A stretch of DNA of 64,000 bases, from assembly GCA_963775855.1 (NCBI GenBank), contig CAVZKO010000007.1:481856-545855 (forward strand), read 5' to 3'. The notes beneath the pieces are model-generated. The model ran no database searches. It was not told the origin of the DNA and saw nothing but the letters and a program-made list of their open reading frames with translations. Shown here in pieces: positions 17,838-26,955 of the stretch (positions are counted from its first letter, which is position 1; the number at the start of each line of letters is the position of its first letter). The position numbers and the translations under genes were made by a program. Origin of the DNA: an uncultured Chloroflexia bacterium (GTDB lineage Bacteria > Chloroflexota > Limnocylindria > Limnocylindrales > CSP1-4).

Positions 17838-19136
17838 CCCAGGCAGCCCACGCGCCGCTCGGCTCGGTGGATCCGGGTCGCGCGACCGGCCGGGTCCCGG
17901 GCGTTCGGGTCGTCCTCGACGCAAGGCCGCTACAGGAGCCCGATCGCGCACCGCTGACGGCGGTCTACCTCGACGGCCTGCTCGGAGCATTCGACGGTGC
18001 ACCCGTGAGCGGGGAGTCCTTCGCCCTGCTCCTCGGGTCGGACCTGGACGACCCGACGGAGCGCTTCGATCGGTTGTCCGTCGTCGGTCGCCGCCTCCTG
18101 CCGCCGACGCGGCTCCTGCGCTCTGCGGTGCTGACCGTAGATCCGTTCCTGCTCTCGGGTGCGTCCATCGGGGCCGCCTGGCGGGCGGATCGAGGCGGTG
18201 CTGCCGGCGCCGTCTATCACGCGGTCGGCGGTTCGATCCCCCTGATCACCGGCCTGCCCCTCGTCGTGACGCTTCTCGATCTCGCACCGTGGGAGCTGCC
18301 GGGCGCGTACCAGCGAGGCGCGGCGTCGCGGTTCGGCCAGCGGCTTCGCGCGCGGCTGCTCCGTGACGCGGCCGCGGTGATCGTCGGAACCGAGGCGGTG
18401 GGCGTCGCCGCCCGCCGGCTGCTCCACATCCCGCGGGACCGGATCCGGGTCGTCGCGCTCGCCCCGCGGCCAGCCTTCCGCATCTGGGAATCCGGCCCGG
18501 TCACGACGCGAACAAGCCGGGATCCGCGTGCCGAGCGCGACCGGCTGGGCCTCCCGGAACGCTACGTCATCTATTCGGGGCGGTACGACGCGCGACAGGA
18601 TCTCGGGACGCTGCTCCGAGCATTGGCGGAGCTGGCGAGCTGCCGGCCGGCCCGACGGACTGCCCGCGGAAGCTCCGTGGCCGCCGCGTGTCCTGTTCGC
18701 CGGCGCATCCCCGGACGACCGTGCGGCTCTGGCCCGGGCAGCCGCTCGAGAAGGGGTCGGCGAGACGCTCGCTTACGCCCCGCGCCTGGACGAGGACCGC
18801 CTGGCGAGCCTAGTCCGCGGTGCACGAGCGGCGCTCCTGCCGGTCGTCTCGGACAGTGCCGGACTGGCCGCGATCGAGGCGATCGCTTCGGGAACGCCGG
18901 TCGTGGCCTCGGCCGTCGGTGCTCTGCCCGAGATCGTAGGTGCGGCCGGGATCCTCGTCGAACCGCGCGACCCGGCTCGACTTGCCCAGGCCCTCGCCAC
19001 GGCGTTCGTCGATGACCGCGTCCACGGTTCGCTCGTCGCCCTCGCCCGCGAACGGGCCGATGCCCGGCAGCGGACCTGGGCCGACGTCGCCCGAGAGACT
19101 CGGGCGATCTACGCAGAGGCCGCCCGGTCGCGATAG
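17834..19136 (+). CDS. GT4-family glycosyltransferase; apparent single frame change near 18638
   Basis: GTG 17834 overlaps the upstream TGA. The N-domain (VVLDARPLQEPDRAPLTAVYLDGLL...VVTLLDLAPWELP...AVIVGTEAV) is in one frame up to ...DLGTLLRALAELA. The C-domain (PRVLFAGASPDD...LLPVVSDSAGLAAIEAIASGTPVVASAVGALPEIVG) continues in another frame to TAG 19134-19136. Confidence 0.7.
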
Positions 19137-19250
19137 CCTGGCCTGCGCCTACTGCCGCTGCGAAGCCTGGTCTGGGTCCTACTGCCGCTGCGAAGCCTGG
19201 TCTGCGTCCTACTGCCGCTGCGAAGCCCGGTCTGGGCCTACTGCCGGTGT
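19135..19250. repeat. Tandem 30-bp repeat, about 3.5 copies, between two convergent genes
   Basis: Unit CCTACTGCCGCTGCGAAGCCTGGTCTGGGT occurs at 19148-19177, 19178-19207 and 19208-19236 (1-2 substitutions, last unit 29 nt), with a partial unit before it. The next CCTACTGCCGG is the actual stop and last codons of the minus-strand gene ending at 19238. Confidence 0.9.
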
Positions 19251-20458
19251 TGCTCGCTGGTGGACGGCTCGGGTGGCGGCGGGATGCCCGGGAGGAGCGT
19301 CACCTTCGTGCCGGTCTGCATCACCTGGACGAAGGTCTGCCCAGCGGTCAGCGTCATGCGCGCCCCGTCGGCGTCGAAAAAGATGGTTGGCTTTGTGAGC
19401 GAACTCTTCCGCCAGGTGCCCTTGGTCGTCGTGCCGTTCGTGGCGATATAAGCGGTGCCCTCGCCGATGACATCGGCCTCGAGACGGTGCTTCTTCGAGC
19501 CGTCGTTGAGCGGCCCGAACTTCATGAGCATGATCACCACGTTCTTCGGCGCGACCCGCTCGTCGGTCGCGGCGTCGACCTGGGGCTTCTCCCCGGTGAC
19601 GGACCGTATGTACGTGTTGGTCGCCTGATCGTAGTCGTAGCGGATCTTGTTGTACGAGTAGGCGACGTCGATCCGGCCGCCGCGCGGCCGCAATCGCGGC
19701 AGGAGATCCGGCGCGAACTGCCACACCGGCACCATCGCCTCGTCGGTCGCCTTGAGCGTCTTTGCGAGGCTGCGGAGGCGCTTGCCATCCGTGTAGAGGT
19801 TGTGTGGCGCGAACCGACCCTTGACCCGCGAGAACGACTTCGCCCAGCGGAACTCGTCGGCGTTGTAGACGAGCTGTCCGCTGCCCTGCGAGCGGAGGGT
19901 CTGGAGGGCCTGGGGGGAGCCACCCGCGTGGGCATAGACGGCCCGCCACTCGGCCGCCCAGGCGATGTAGTAGTAGCGGGCACTCCGAACCGGGCCGACC
20001 GCGGCCGGTATGTTCTCCTGGAAGATCAGCATGTAGCGCGGGATTCCGCCCTCGGCTGGCGCCTGCCAGACGACTGACGCCGAATTGAACCCCGATTGCG
20101 GCCGTGCGGCGCCGTGATCGTCGACCATCACCGCGATCGGATGCTGGGCCGCGACCTCCGGCGGAACGAGGACGCCGGTCAGCGGGGCCGGGACGGGAAC
20201 GGGTGTCGGGACGGGTGTTGGCGAGGGCGTCGGCGTCGGGACCGGGGTCGGTGTCGGCGAAGGCGTGGGCGACGGGGTTGGCGTCGGCGGTGCTGGTGAC
20301 GCGGTCGCCCCGGCGACCTGTCCCGGATCGAGACTCGGGCCGGGCGGCGCGGCCTGGGCGGCGAGCATGCCGACGAGGAGTCCACTGGCGACGGCCGCGA
20401 CGGCCAGGATCGGGACTGTCAGCCGCTTCCAACTGCGGCCCGGCTTCTGGGGGTGCAT
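19238..20458 (-). CDS. DUF3048-family secreted/membrane-anchored protein
   Basis: ATG at 20458 (MHPQKPGRSWKRLTVPILAVAAVASGLLVGMLAAQAA anchor), then a long PT-rich linker. The segment PIAVMVDDHGAARPQSGFNSASVVWQAPAEGGIPRYMLIFQ and the following core match my memory of DUF3048 (YerB-like) proteins. The 477-aa ORF in the track extends further upstream, but that extension is Arg-rich. Confidence 0.75.
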   Translation of the reverse strand: MHPQKPGRSWKRLTVPILAVAAVASGLLVGMLAAQAAPPGPSLDPGQVAGATASPAPPTPTPSPTPSPTPTPVPTPTPSPTPVPTPVPVPAPLTGVLVPPEVAAQHPIAVMVDDHGAARPQSGFNSASVVWQAPAEGGIPRYMLIFQENIPAAVGPVRSARYYYIAWAAEWRAVYAHAGGSPQALQTLRSQGSGQLVYNADEFRWAKSFSRVKGRFAPHNLYTDGKRLRSLAKTLKATDEAMVPVWQFAPDLLPRLRPRGGRIDVAYSYNKIRYDYDQATNTYIRSVTGEKPQVDAATDERVAPKNVVIMLMKFGPLNDGSKKHRLEADVIGEGTAYIATNGTTTKGTWRKSSLTKPTIFFDADGARMTLTAGQTFVQVMQTGTKVTLLPGIPPPPEPSTSEQHRQ

Positions 20459-20662
20459 GGTCCCTCGGTGCGATGGCGCGGGGGCGACTGGCGTGTGACG
20501 TCTTCGAGGCGGCGACGGTGACGCTTGCGGTTGAGTTCCGACGCGGAGGATACTCCGGTCGGTCGAAGTCCTCGTCTTGATCCAACGAACCGCCGCGCGA
20601 CGCGGCCAGACCACTCGGGGTAGGCTGCCTCCGAACAGCACCGCCGCGAAGCGAGGGAACCG

Positions 20663-21412
20663 ATGGCCCACTCAGAGCCGCCCGACCCGGGAACCGAGGA
20701 ATCCGGGGCAGAGGGATCGTCCGCCACCGGCCGACCCGCCGGAACGGACGCCCTCGCCGGAGCCGAGGAGGCCGCCGCGCGCGAAGCCAAGGAAGAAGCC
20801 GCCCATGCGGAGTCGTCCGCGCCGGCTAAATCCACGCCTCCCAACGCCGCGCCCCGCACCTCTAACGAGCCGAAAGTCGTCCGACCCAAGGCAAAGACCA
20901 GCGTGAAAGCTCCCGCGGCGTCCGGATCGGCCGCTTCGATGACCGTGATCGAGCCCACGTCCGGCGGCGACGACCGCCTCACGCGGCTTGAGTCGATCTC
21001 GGTTCGTGAGGCCGGGGCCCAGGAGGTCAACGCCGTGAACGTCGATGTCAGCCGGGGCGGCATCGGCCGGGCGCAGGCGGTCGATATCGCGGTCTCGCAG
21101 GGCGGGATCGGCCTCGCAAGGGCCGATCGAGTGTCGGTCGAGATGGGGGCGATCGGTGCGGCGCTCGGGGGCGAGGTTCGCGTGACCCAGAGCGCGGTCG
21201 GCTCCGTGCTCGCCCGCGACGTGCAGATCGAACAGGCCGTGGTCCGGACCTTGGTCGCCAACAACGTCCGATTCGAGCGGACGACAGGCGTGCTGCTGCT
21301 CCTTGCCCGGCGAGTCGAGGGCGACGTGCGGGTGCTCTTTGACTGGCGCGGAGCGCTCGCCTTCGGAGCGGCCCTCGGCGTCGTCATGTCGATTCTCCGG
21401 CGCCGGAGATAG
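20663..21412 (+). CDS. Hypothetical tail-anchored protein with a disordered N-terminus and about seven 15-residue repeats
   Basis: ATG 20663 follows GAGGGA. Residues 1-100 are Ala/Glu/Pro/Ser-rich. Residues about 110-225 form a 15-aa periodicity (NAVNVDVSRGGIGRA / QAVDIAVSQGGIGLA / RADRVSVEMGAIGAA / LGGEVRVTQSAVGSV / LARDVQIEQAVVRTL / VANNVRFERTTGVLL). There is a single C-terminal TM helix GALAFGAALGVVMSIL followed by RRRR. Confidence 0.6.
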   Translation: MAHSEPPDPGTEESGAEGSSATGRPAGTDALAGAEEAAAREAKEEAAHAESSAPAKSTPPNAAPRTSNEPKVVRPKAKTSVKAPAASGSAASMTVIEPTSGGDDRLTRLESISVREAGAQEVNAVNVDVSRGGIGRAQAVDIAVSQGGIGLARADRVSVEMGAIGAALGGEVRVTQSAVGSVLARDVQIEQAVVRTLVANNVRFERTTGVLLLLARRVEGDVRVLFDWRGALAFGAALGVVMSILRRRR

Positions 21413-21545
21413 GCCGAGGACGGCGATCGCCAGGCGGGTCGCGGCGGGCCAGCGCCGACGCTCGGCTATACTCGACCACCGGCCTGCGCCCCTCGCGCGA
21501 CCGTTTGTCCGCACGATCCGGTCGCTGATAGGAGCCCACCATCCC

Positions 21546-22217
21546 GTGATCGACCCCTCCGCGCGCATCCATGCGACCGCGGATCTAGAGCCCGACATCA
21601 GCATCGGAGCCGGCACCAGCGTCTGGAACCATGCGCAGGTCCGGACCGGCGCACGGATCGGAGCCGAATGCGTCATCGGCCGCGACGTGTTCGTCGACCA
21701 CGACGTCACGATCGGTGATCGGGTCAAGATCCAGCGAGGGGTCCTCGTCTCCCACGGCGTTACCGTCGAGGACGGCGTGTTCATCGGTCCCGGCGCGATC
21801 CTGACGAACGACCGGTATCCGCGGGCGATCACGTCGACCGGCGATCTCGCCGGGACGGACGACTGGGAGCTCGCCCTGATCGCGCTCCGCTACGGCTCCT
21901 CGATAGGCGCAGGTGCGGTCATCGTGGCCGGCATCGAGGTCGGGAGGTTCGCGATGGTCGGAGCGGGCGGGATCGTCGTTCGCGACGTCCCGAGCTACGC
22001 GCTCGTCGCCGGCAATCCGGCACGCCGCATCGGCTGGGTCTGCGCCTGCGGGCGGCGCCTCGTCGACGCCAATGGCGACCCGGTGCCGGCCGAACCGCAG
22101 CGCTATTCGGCCCATACGGACCTCCTCTGCGCGACGTGCGGCCGTCGCTACGGCTACGTCCCCGATGCTGAGACGCTCGAGGAGCGATCCGGCCCGCGCC
22201 AAGGAGCACCAGCATGA
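21546..22217 (+). CDS. Left-handed beta-helix N-acetyltransferase (WbpD/WlbB-like)
   Basis: GTG 21546 sits 11 nt after AGGAG. Hexapeptide repeats are present (IGAGTSVWNHAQVRTGARIGAECVIGRDVFVDHDVTIGDRVKIQRGVLV...) along with VAGNPARRIG. Its place in an operon with a DegT aminotransferase and a Gfo/Idh/MocA oxidoreductase supports the call. Confidence 0.8.
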   Translation: MIDPSARIHATADLEPDISIGAGTSVWNHAQVRTGARIGAECVIGRDVFVDHDVTIGDRVKIQRGVLVSHGVTVEDGVFIGPGAILTNDRYPRAITSTGDLAGTDDWELALIALRYGSSIGAGAVIVAGIEVGRFAMVGAGGIVVRDVPSYALVAGNPARRIGWVCACGRRLVDANGDPVPAEPQRYSAHTDLLCATCGRRYGYVPDAETLEERSGPRQGAPA

Positions 22218-23350
22218 TCCCGATTGCCCGCCCCGACCTCGGCCCCGAGGAGCTCGAGGCCGTCACCGAGGTCCTCGGCAGCGGGATGATCGCCCAGGGC
22301 CGCAAGGTCGCCGAGCTCGAGGGGCGCTGGGCCGAGTTCGTGGGCGTCCGCCACGCGATCGCGATGAGCAACGGGACCGTCGCCCTGATGTCGATCTTCT
22401 CGGGGATCGGCCTGGAACCCGGCGACGAGGTGATCACCGTCTCGCACACGTTCGCGGCCACGGCGAACGCGATCCTCTACACCGGCGCCACGCCCGTTTT
22501 CATCGACATCGAGCCGGACACCTACCTCATCGACGCCAAGAAGATCGAGGCCGCGATCACGCCGCGGACGCGGGCGATCTGCCCCGTCCACCTCTTCGGG
22601 CTCGTCGCCGACATGGACATGATCCGGGCAATCGCCGATCGCCACGGGCTGATCGTCGTCGAGGATGCCTGCCAGGCCCACGGCGCGACGTTCCGGGGAC
22701 GGAAGGCCGGCAGCTTCGGGCACGGGGCGTTCAGCCTCTACGCGACGAAGAACATGACGACTGCCGAGGGCGGTTTCGTCACGACGAACGACGACAAGCT
22801 GGCGGACTGGCTGCGCCTCTACCGGAACCAGGGCATGCGGGCGCGGTATGAGTTCGAGATCCTCGGCTACAACTTCCGGATGACCGACCTCGCGGCCGCC
22901 ATCGGCCTGGCCCAGCTCGGCAAGCTGCCTCGCAACACGGCCCGTCGCCAGGCGATCGCGGCGACGTACGACGAGGCGTTCGGCGAGCTGCCGATCGGCC
23001 TGCCGATCACGCCCGACGGCCGGGCCCACGTCTTCCACCAGTACACGATCAACGTCGGTGGCGCGCGCGACGCGATGCTGGCCGACCTTCGCGAGGCCGG
23101 CGTCGGCGCGGATATCTACTACCCGATCCCCGTCCATCGCCAGGAGTACATCATGGAGCGGGGGCTCCACGCAGAGTTGCCGGTGACCGATGCCGCCGCA
23201 GCCGCCACGATCGCGCTGCCGATGTTCCCCGGCCTGACCGATCCCGAGCAGACCCAGGTGATCGACGCCGTCCGGGCGGCCGTCGGGCGCCACCTGAGCG
23301 CCGGCGACGCCCCGGGCCGACGGGCCGGAGCCGGAGTCGCCGCCCGATGA
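22214..23350 (+). CDS. DegT/DnrJ/EryC1-family PLP aminotransferase (WbpE/WlbC-like)
   Basis: ATG 22214 overlaps the upstream TGA. Motifs: IPIARPDLGPEE, AMSNGTVAL, VVEDACQAHGA, FSLYATKNMTTAEGG (PLP lysine) and GYNFRMTDLAAAIG. Confidence 0.9.
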   Translation: MIPIARPDLGPEELEAVTEVLGSGMIAQGRKVAELEGRWAEFVGVRHAIAMSNGTVALMSIFSGIGLEPGDEVITVSHTFAATANAILYTGATPVFIDIEPDTYLIDAKKIEAAITPRTRAICPVHLFGLVADMDMIRAIADRHGLIVVEDACQAHGATFRGRKAGSFGHGAFSLYATKNMTTAEGGFVTTNDDKLADWLRLYRNQGMRARYEFEILGYNFRMTDLAAAIGLAQLGKLPRNTARRQAIAATYDEAFGELPIGLPITPDGRAHVFHQYTINVGGARDAMLADLREAGVGADIYYPIPVHRQEYIMERGLHAELPVTDAAAAATIALPMFPGLTDPEQTQVIDAVRAAVGRHLSAGDAPGRRAGAGVAAR

Positions 23351-24399
23351 CCTCCGGCTGGCGGCCGGCCGGTGACCGGCCGCTGCGCGTCGGGCTCGCC
23401 GGACTCGGGTCGATGGGCCGCAACCACCTCCGGATCCTCGGGGCGCGGCCGGACATCAGGCTGGTCGCCGTGGCGGATCCCGTCGCCGATGCGCTGGCCG
23501 GAGCGACGGCCCAGTCCGGTGCCCAGGCCTTCGCCGAGCCGCTGGCGATGATCGCGGAGGCGGAGCTCGACGCGGTCGTCCTGGCCGCCCCGACGACGGC
23601 CCACGTTCCGCTGGCCCTGGCCGCGATCGAACGCGACATAGCCGTACTCGTCGAGAAGCCGCTTGCGGCAACGGTCGACGAGGGGATGGCGGTCGTCGTC
23701 GCGGCCCGCGAGCGCGGTGTCCCGGTCCAGGTCGGCCACGTGGAGCGGTTCAACCCGGCCGTCCTCGAACTCGGCCGGCTCCTCGGGGCCGGCTGGCTGT
23801 CCTCGATCTATGCGATCGCGTCCCGTCGGGCCGGGCCGTTCCCCGCCCGGATCCGGGACATCGGGGTGACCGTCGACCTCGCGACCCACGACGTCGACAT
23901 CCTGTCGTGGATCGCCGGCGAACGCCCGACGCGGGTTTACGGGGAGACCGCCCAGCGGATCCACGCCGACCACGAGGACCTCCTCTTCGGGCTGCTCCAC
24001 TTCCCGTCCGGCGCGACGGGCATGCTCGACGTCAACTGGCTGACCCCGGCCAAGCGGCGCCAGCTCGTCGTCGTCGGCGAGGAAGGCATGTTCGAGCTCG
24101 ACTACCTGACCCAGCACCTGACTTTCACGAAAGCCACCGACACGACGAATCCCCGTCTCATCGGCGGGTACGCGCCGACGTTCGAGGGTGAGGTTGCCGA
24201 CCTGCCGGTCGTCTCGGGCGAGCCGCTCGCCGCCGAGCTCGAGGCTTTCATCGGCATTGTTCGGAACGGGGGCCGGCCGGTCGTCGACGCTGAGGACGGG
24301 CTGTGGGCGGTCGCCGTCGCCACGTCCCTCCTGACATCGGCGGCTAGCGGCAACGCCATCGACCTGACCGAGCTGTCCACGAGGTTCGCCGTCGCATGA
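23347..24399 (+). CDS. Gfo/Idh/MocA-family NAD-dependent oxidoreductase (WbpB/WlbA-like)
   Basis: ATG 23347 overlaps the upstream TGA. LRVGLAGLGSMGRNHLRIL Rossmann start, VLVEKPLA and HVERFNPA are typical of the family. Confidence 0.85.
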   Translation: MTSGWRPAGDRPLRVGLAGLGSMGRNHLRILGARPDIRLVAVADPVADALAGATAQSGAQAFAEPLAMIAEAELDAVVLAAPTTAHVPLALAAIERDIAVLVEKPLAATVDEGMAVVVAARERGVPVQVGHVERFNPAVLELGRLLGAGWLSSIYAIASRRAGPFPARIRDIGVTVDLATHDVDILSWIAGERPTRVYGETAQRIHADHEDLLFGLLHFPSGATGMLDVNWLTPAKRRQLVVVGEEGMFELDYLTQHLTFTKATDTTNPRLIGGYAPTFEGEVADLPVVSGEPLAAELEAFIGIVRNGGRPVVDAEDGLWAVAVATSLLTSAASGNAIDLTELSTRFAVA

Positions 24400-24509
24400 C
24401 GATCGTCTCGCGCCCGACCTCCGTTCAGAGCCTCCTCGGCGGCTCGATCCAGATGCCCGTCCATGCCTGCGGCCACGAGCCAGGGATCGAGGTGCACCCG
24501 TGGGTCGGC

Positions 24510-25830
24510 GTGCCGGGCACCGCCGGTCGCGTGGCCGTCGTCGGGGCCGGGCAAGATGGGCCTCCCGCTCGCCGCTCAGTTCGCCGACCACGGCTGGCGG
24601 GTAACGGCCGTCGATGTCCAGCAGGCGGTCGTCGATGCGATCAACGAAGGTCAATCGCACATCGCCGAGGAGCCGGGGCTCGCTGAGCTCGTACGGGCAG
24701 CCCACGACGGCGGCCGCCTTCGAGCGACGACCGACGCCGCCGCGGCGGCTCGCGAGGTGGACGTCGTCGTGCTCATCGTGCCGGTGATGCTCGACGACGA
24801 GCAGCAACCCGACTATCGGTCCATGGACGCCGCCGTTGACTCGATCGCTCCTGGCATCCATCGGGACTCGCTCGTCATCTTCGAGACGACGCTACCCGTC
24901 GGTGACACGCGTGAGCGATTCACGCCGCGGCTCGAGGCGGCCTCCGGTCTCCGGGCGGACGAGGACTTCTTCGTGGCCTTTTCGCCCGAACGGCTTTACA
25001 GCGGCGCGGCACTTCGGAACCTTGCGATGTACCCGAAGCTGGTCGGCGGAGTGGGCGAGGCGTCGACCGCCCGTGCGGCGGCCTTTTACGACGCCGTTCT
25101 CGACGCGGAGATCGTCGCGATGTCGAGCGCGGAGGCGGCAGAGTTCAGCAAGCTCGCCGAAACCACCTACCGCGACGTCAACATCGCACTCGCCAACGAA
25201 TTCGCCCGCTACTCCGAGCGGATTGGGGTCGACATCCATGAGGTGATCGCGGCAACGAACAGCCAGCCCTACTCGCATCTCCACCAGCCCGGCCTCGGAG
25301 TGGGCGGGCACTGCATCCCCGTCTACCCTCACTTCATGCTGTCGCGAGCGCCGGAGCTCGAGCTGGTGGAGCTGTCGCGGCGGACCAACGACGGCCAGAT
25401 CGGCGTGGCAATCCGGGCACTCCAGCAGGAGCTCGGCGGCCTCGAAGGGGTCCCGATTCTCGTCCTCGGCCTGACCTACCGGCACGGCGTGAACGAGCTC
25501 GCGTATTCCCGGGCTCTGCCTCTCATCGAGCGGTTGACGCACCAGGGTGCGGTCGTGTCGGCTTACGATCCGCTCATCCCGCCCGAGGAGACCGCGCGCT
25601 GCTGCGCGACACCGTGGCAATGGGGCACGAAGGCGCCGTTCAGGGCGATCATCACCCAGACCGCCGACCCGCTCTTCGGGACGATCGACCTCAGCCTGTT
25701 CCCGGATCTAGCTGTCGTCTTCGACGGTCGCGATAGCCTCCGCGATCTCACCCTTCCAGAGCACGTCGCCTATCGCGGTATCGGCATCCCGGGCGTGACC
25801 AGGACCACACCTGCCCCGACGACCGGTTAG
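24510..25830 (+). CDS. UDP-N-acetyl-hexosamine 6-dehydrogenase family (WbpA/WecC-like); one-base frame break at 24549-24552
   Basis: The body (KMGLPLAAQFADHGWRVTAVD...GVGGHCIPVYPHF...VLGLTYRHGVNE) is in the 24463 frame. The Rossmann start RVAVVGAG is in the adjacent frame (GTG 24510 or 24531). Deleting one base in GGGGCCGGGC restores VAVVGAGKMGLPLA. The internal ATG 24556 would give a protein lacking GxGxxG. Confidence 0.8.
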
Positions 25831-25836
25831 ATCGGC

Positions 25837-26955
25837 GTGCGGATCGTCAGTGTCGTCGGGACGCGTCCCCAGCTGATCAAGGCTGCAGCGCTGTTCCCGA
25901 CCCTCCGCGCGAGGCACGAGGAGGTCTTCGTCGACACCGGCCAGCACTGGGACGACTCGATGGCCGGGGACTTCTTCGTCGAGCTCGGTCTGCCGCAGCC
26001 AGACCATGCCCTCGGGATCGGCGGCGGGACGTCAGCCGAGCAGGTCGGGCGGATGCTGCCGGCGATCGCAAGGGTTCTCGTCGACGACCGGCCGGATGCC
26101 GTGCTCGTCTACGGCGATACGAACTCGACCCTGGCGGGAGCGCTCGCGGCGGCCACGACCGGCGTCCCGGTGGCACACGTCGAGGCCGGGCTGCGCAGCT
26201 TCGATCGGCGAATGCCCGAGGAGACGAACCGTGTCCTCACCGATCACGTCTCGCGCTGGCTCTTCGCCCCGACGCCCACCGCCGTCGCGAATCTGGCCGG
26301 CGAGGGGATCCGGGACGGCGTTGTCCTCGTCGGCGACCTCATGCAGGACCTGGCGGCCCGGGTTTCGGCCGAGGTTCGCGACGGCGGCACGGTGCTGCCG
26401 CTCATCGGGCGCCGGCTCGGGATCGATCTGTCGCCGGGCGGATACCTCTTCGCCACGATCCATCGCGCGGAGAATCGGAGCCCCGACGCGATCCGCGCTT
26501 GGGCGGCGATCCTCGCGAACGCAGCGCGGGCCGACCGTCCGGTTGTCCTCGCGCTTCATCCCGGGACCGGGGAAGCGCTCAAGCGCCTCGGCCTGCCGCT
26601 CGGCGATAGCGTCCGCGTCGTCGCGCCATTGGACTACCGGTCCACAGTGGCCCTCCAACTCCACGCGGCCGCCGTGCTCACCGACTCGGGCGGGGTCCAG
26701 CGTGAGGCGGCGTGGCTCGGCGTGCCGTGTCTCATCCTCCGCGGGACGACGGAGTGGACCGAGGCGGTTGAGGGCTCCGGTGGCTCGATGGTGGTTGTCG
26801 GACTCGACGCCGACGCGGCAGCGGCGGAGCTGGACAGGCTCGCGCCGCCCGGGTCGTCGGCGGACCAGGCGCGGCGGCGCGCCGCGGGCCTCGCTCTTAC
26901 AGGGGCCGGGGCCGCCGACGCGATCGTCGCGGCGCTCGAGGCCGCCCCGCCGTGA
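25837..26955 (+). CDS. Non-hydrolysing UDP-N-acetylhexosamine 2-epimerase (WecB/WbpI-like)
   Basis: GTG 25837. Motifs: VVGTRPQLIKAA, VLVYGDTNSTLAGALAA, VAHVEAGLRSFDRRMPEE.NR and SGGVQREAAWLGVPCL. Confidence 0.9.
   Translation: MRIVSVVGTRPQLIKAAALFPTLRARHEEVFVDTGQHWDDSMAGDFFVELGLPQPDHALGIGGGTSAEQVGRMLPAIARVLVDDRPDAVLVYGDTNSTLAGALAAATTGVPVAHVEAGLRSFDRRMPEETNRVLTDHVSRWLFAPTPTAVANLAGEGIRDGVVLVGDLMQDLAARVSAEVRDGGTVLPLIGRRLGIDLSPGGYLFATIHRAENRSPDAIRAWAAILANAARADRPVVLALHPGTGEALKRLGLPLGDSVRVVAPLDYRSTVALQLHAAAVLTDSGGVQREAAWLGVPCLILRGTTEWTEAVEGSGGSMVVVGLDADAAAAELDRLAPPGSSADQARRRAAGLALTGAGAADAIVAALEAAPP

Noticed and set aside
19135-19250. Possible miniature CRISPR array, given the 30-bp repeated units
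   Set aside because: The units are strictly head-to-tail with no spacers, there are no cas genes in the window, and the repeat is a copy of the adjacent gene's 3' end. It is reported as a tandem repeat instead.
23119-24861. 580-aa minus-strand ORF across the oxidoreductase and dehydrogenase genes. Similar cases are 36935-39070 (711 aa), 19209-20585 (458 aa) and 57002-58378 (458 aa)
   Set aside because: These are Arg/Asp/Gly/Pro-rich low-complexity translations opposite genes with clear family motifs, so they are GC-driven artefacts.
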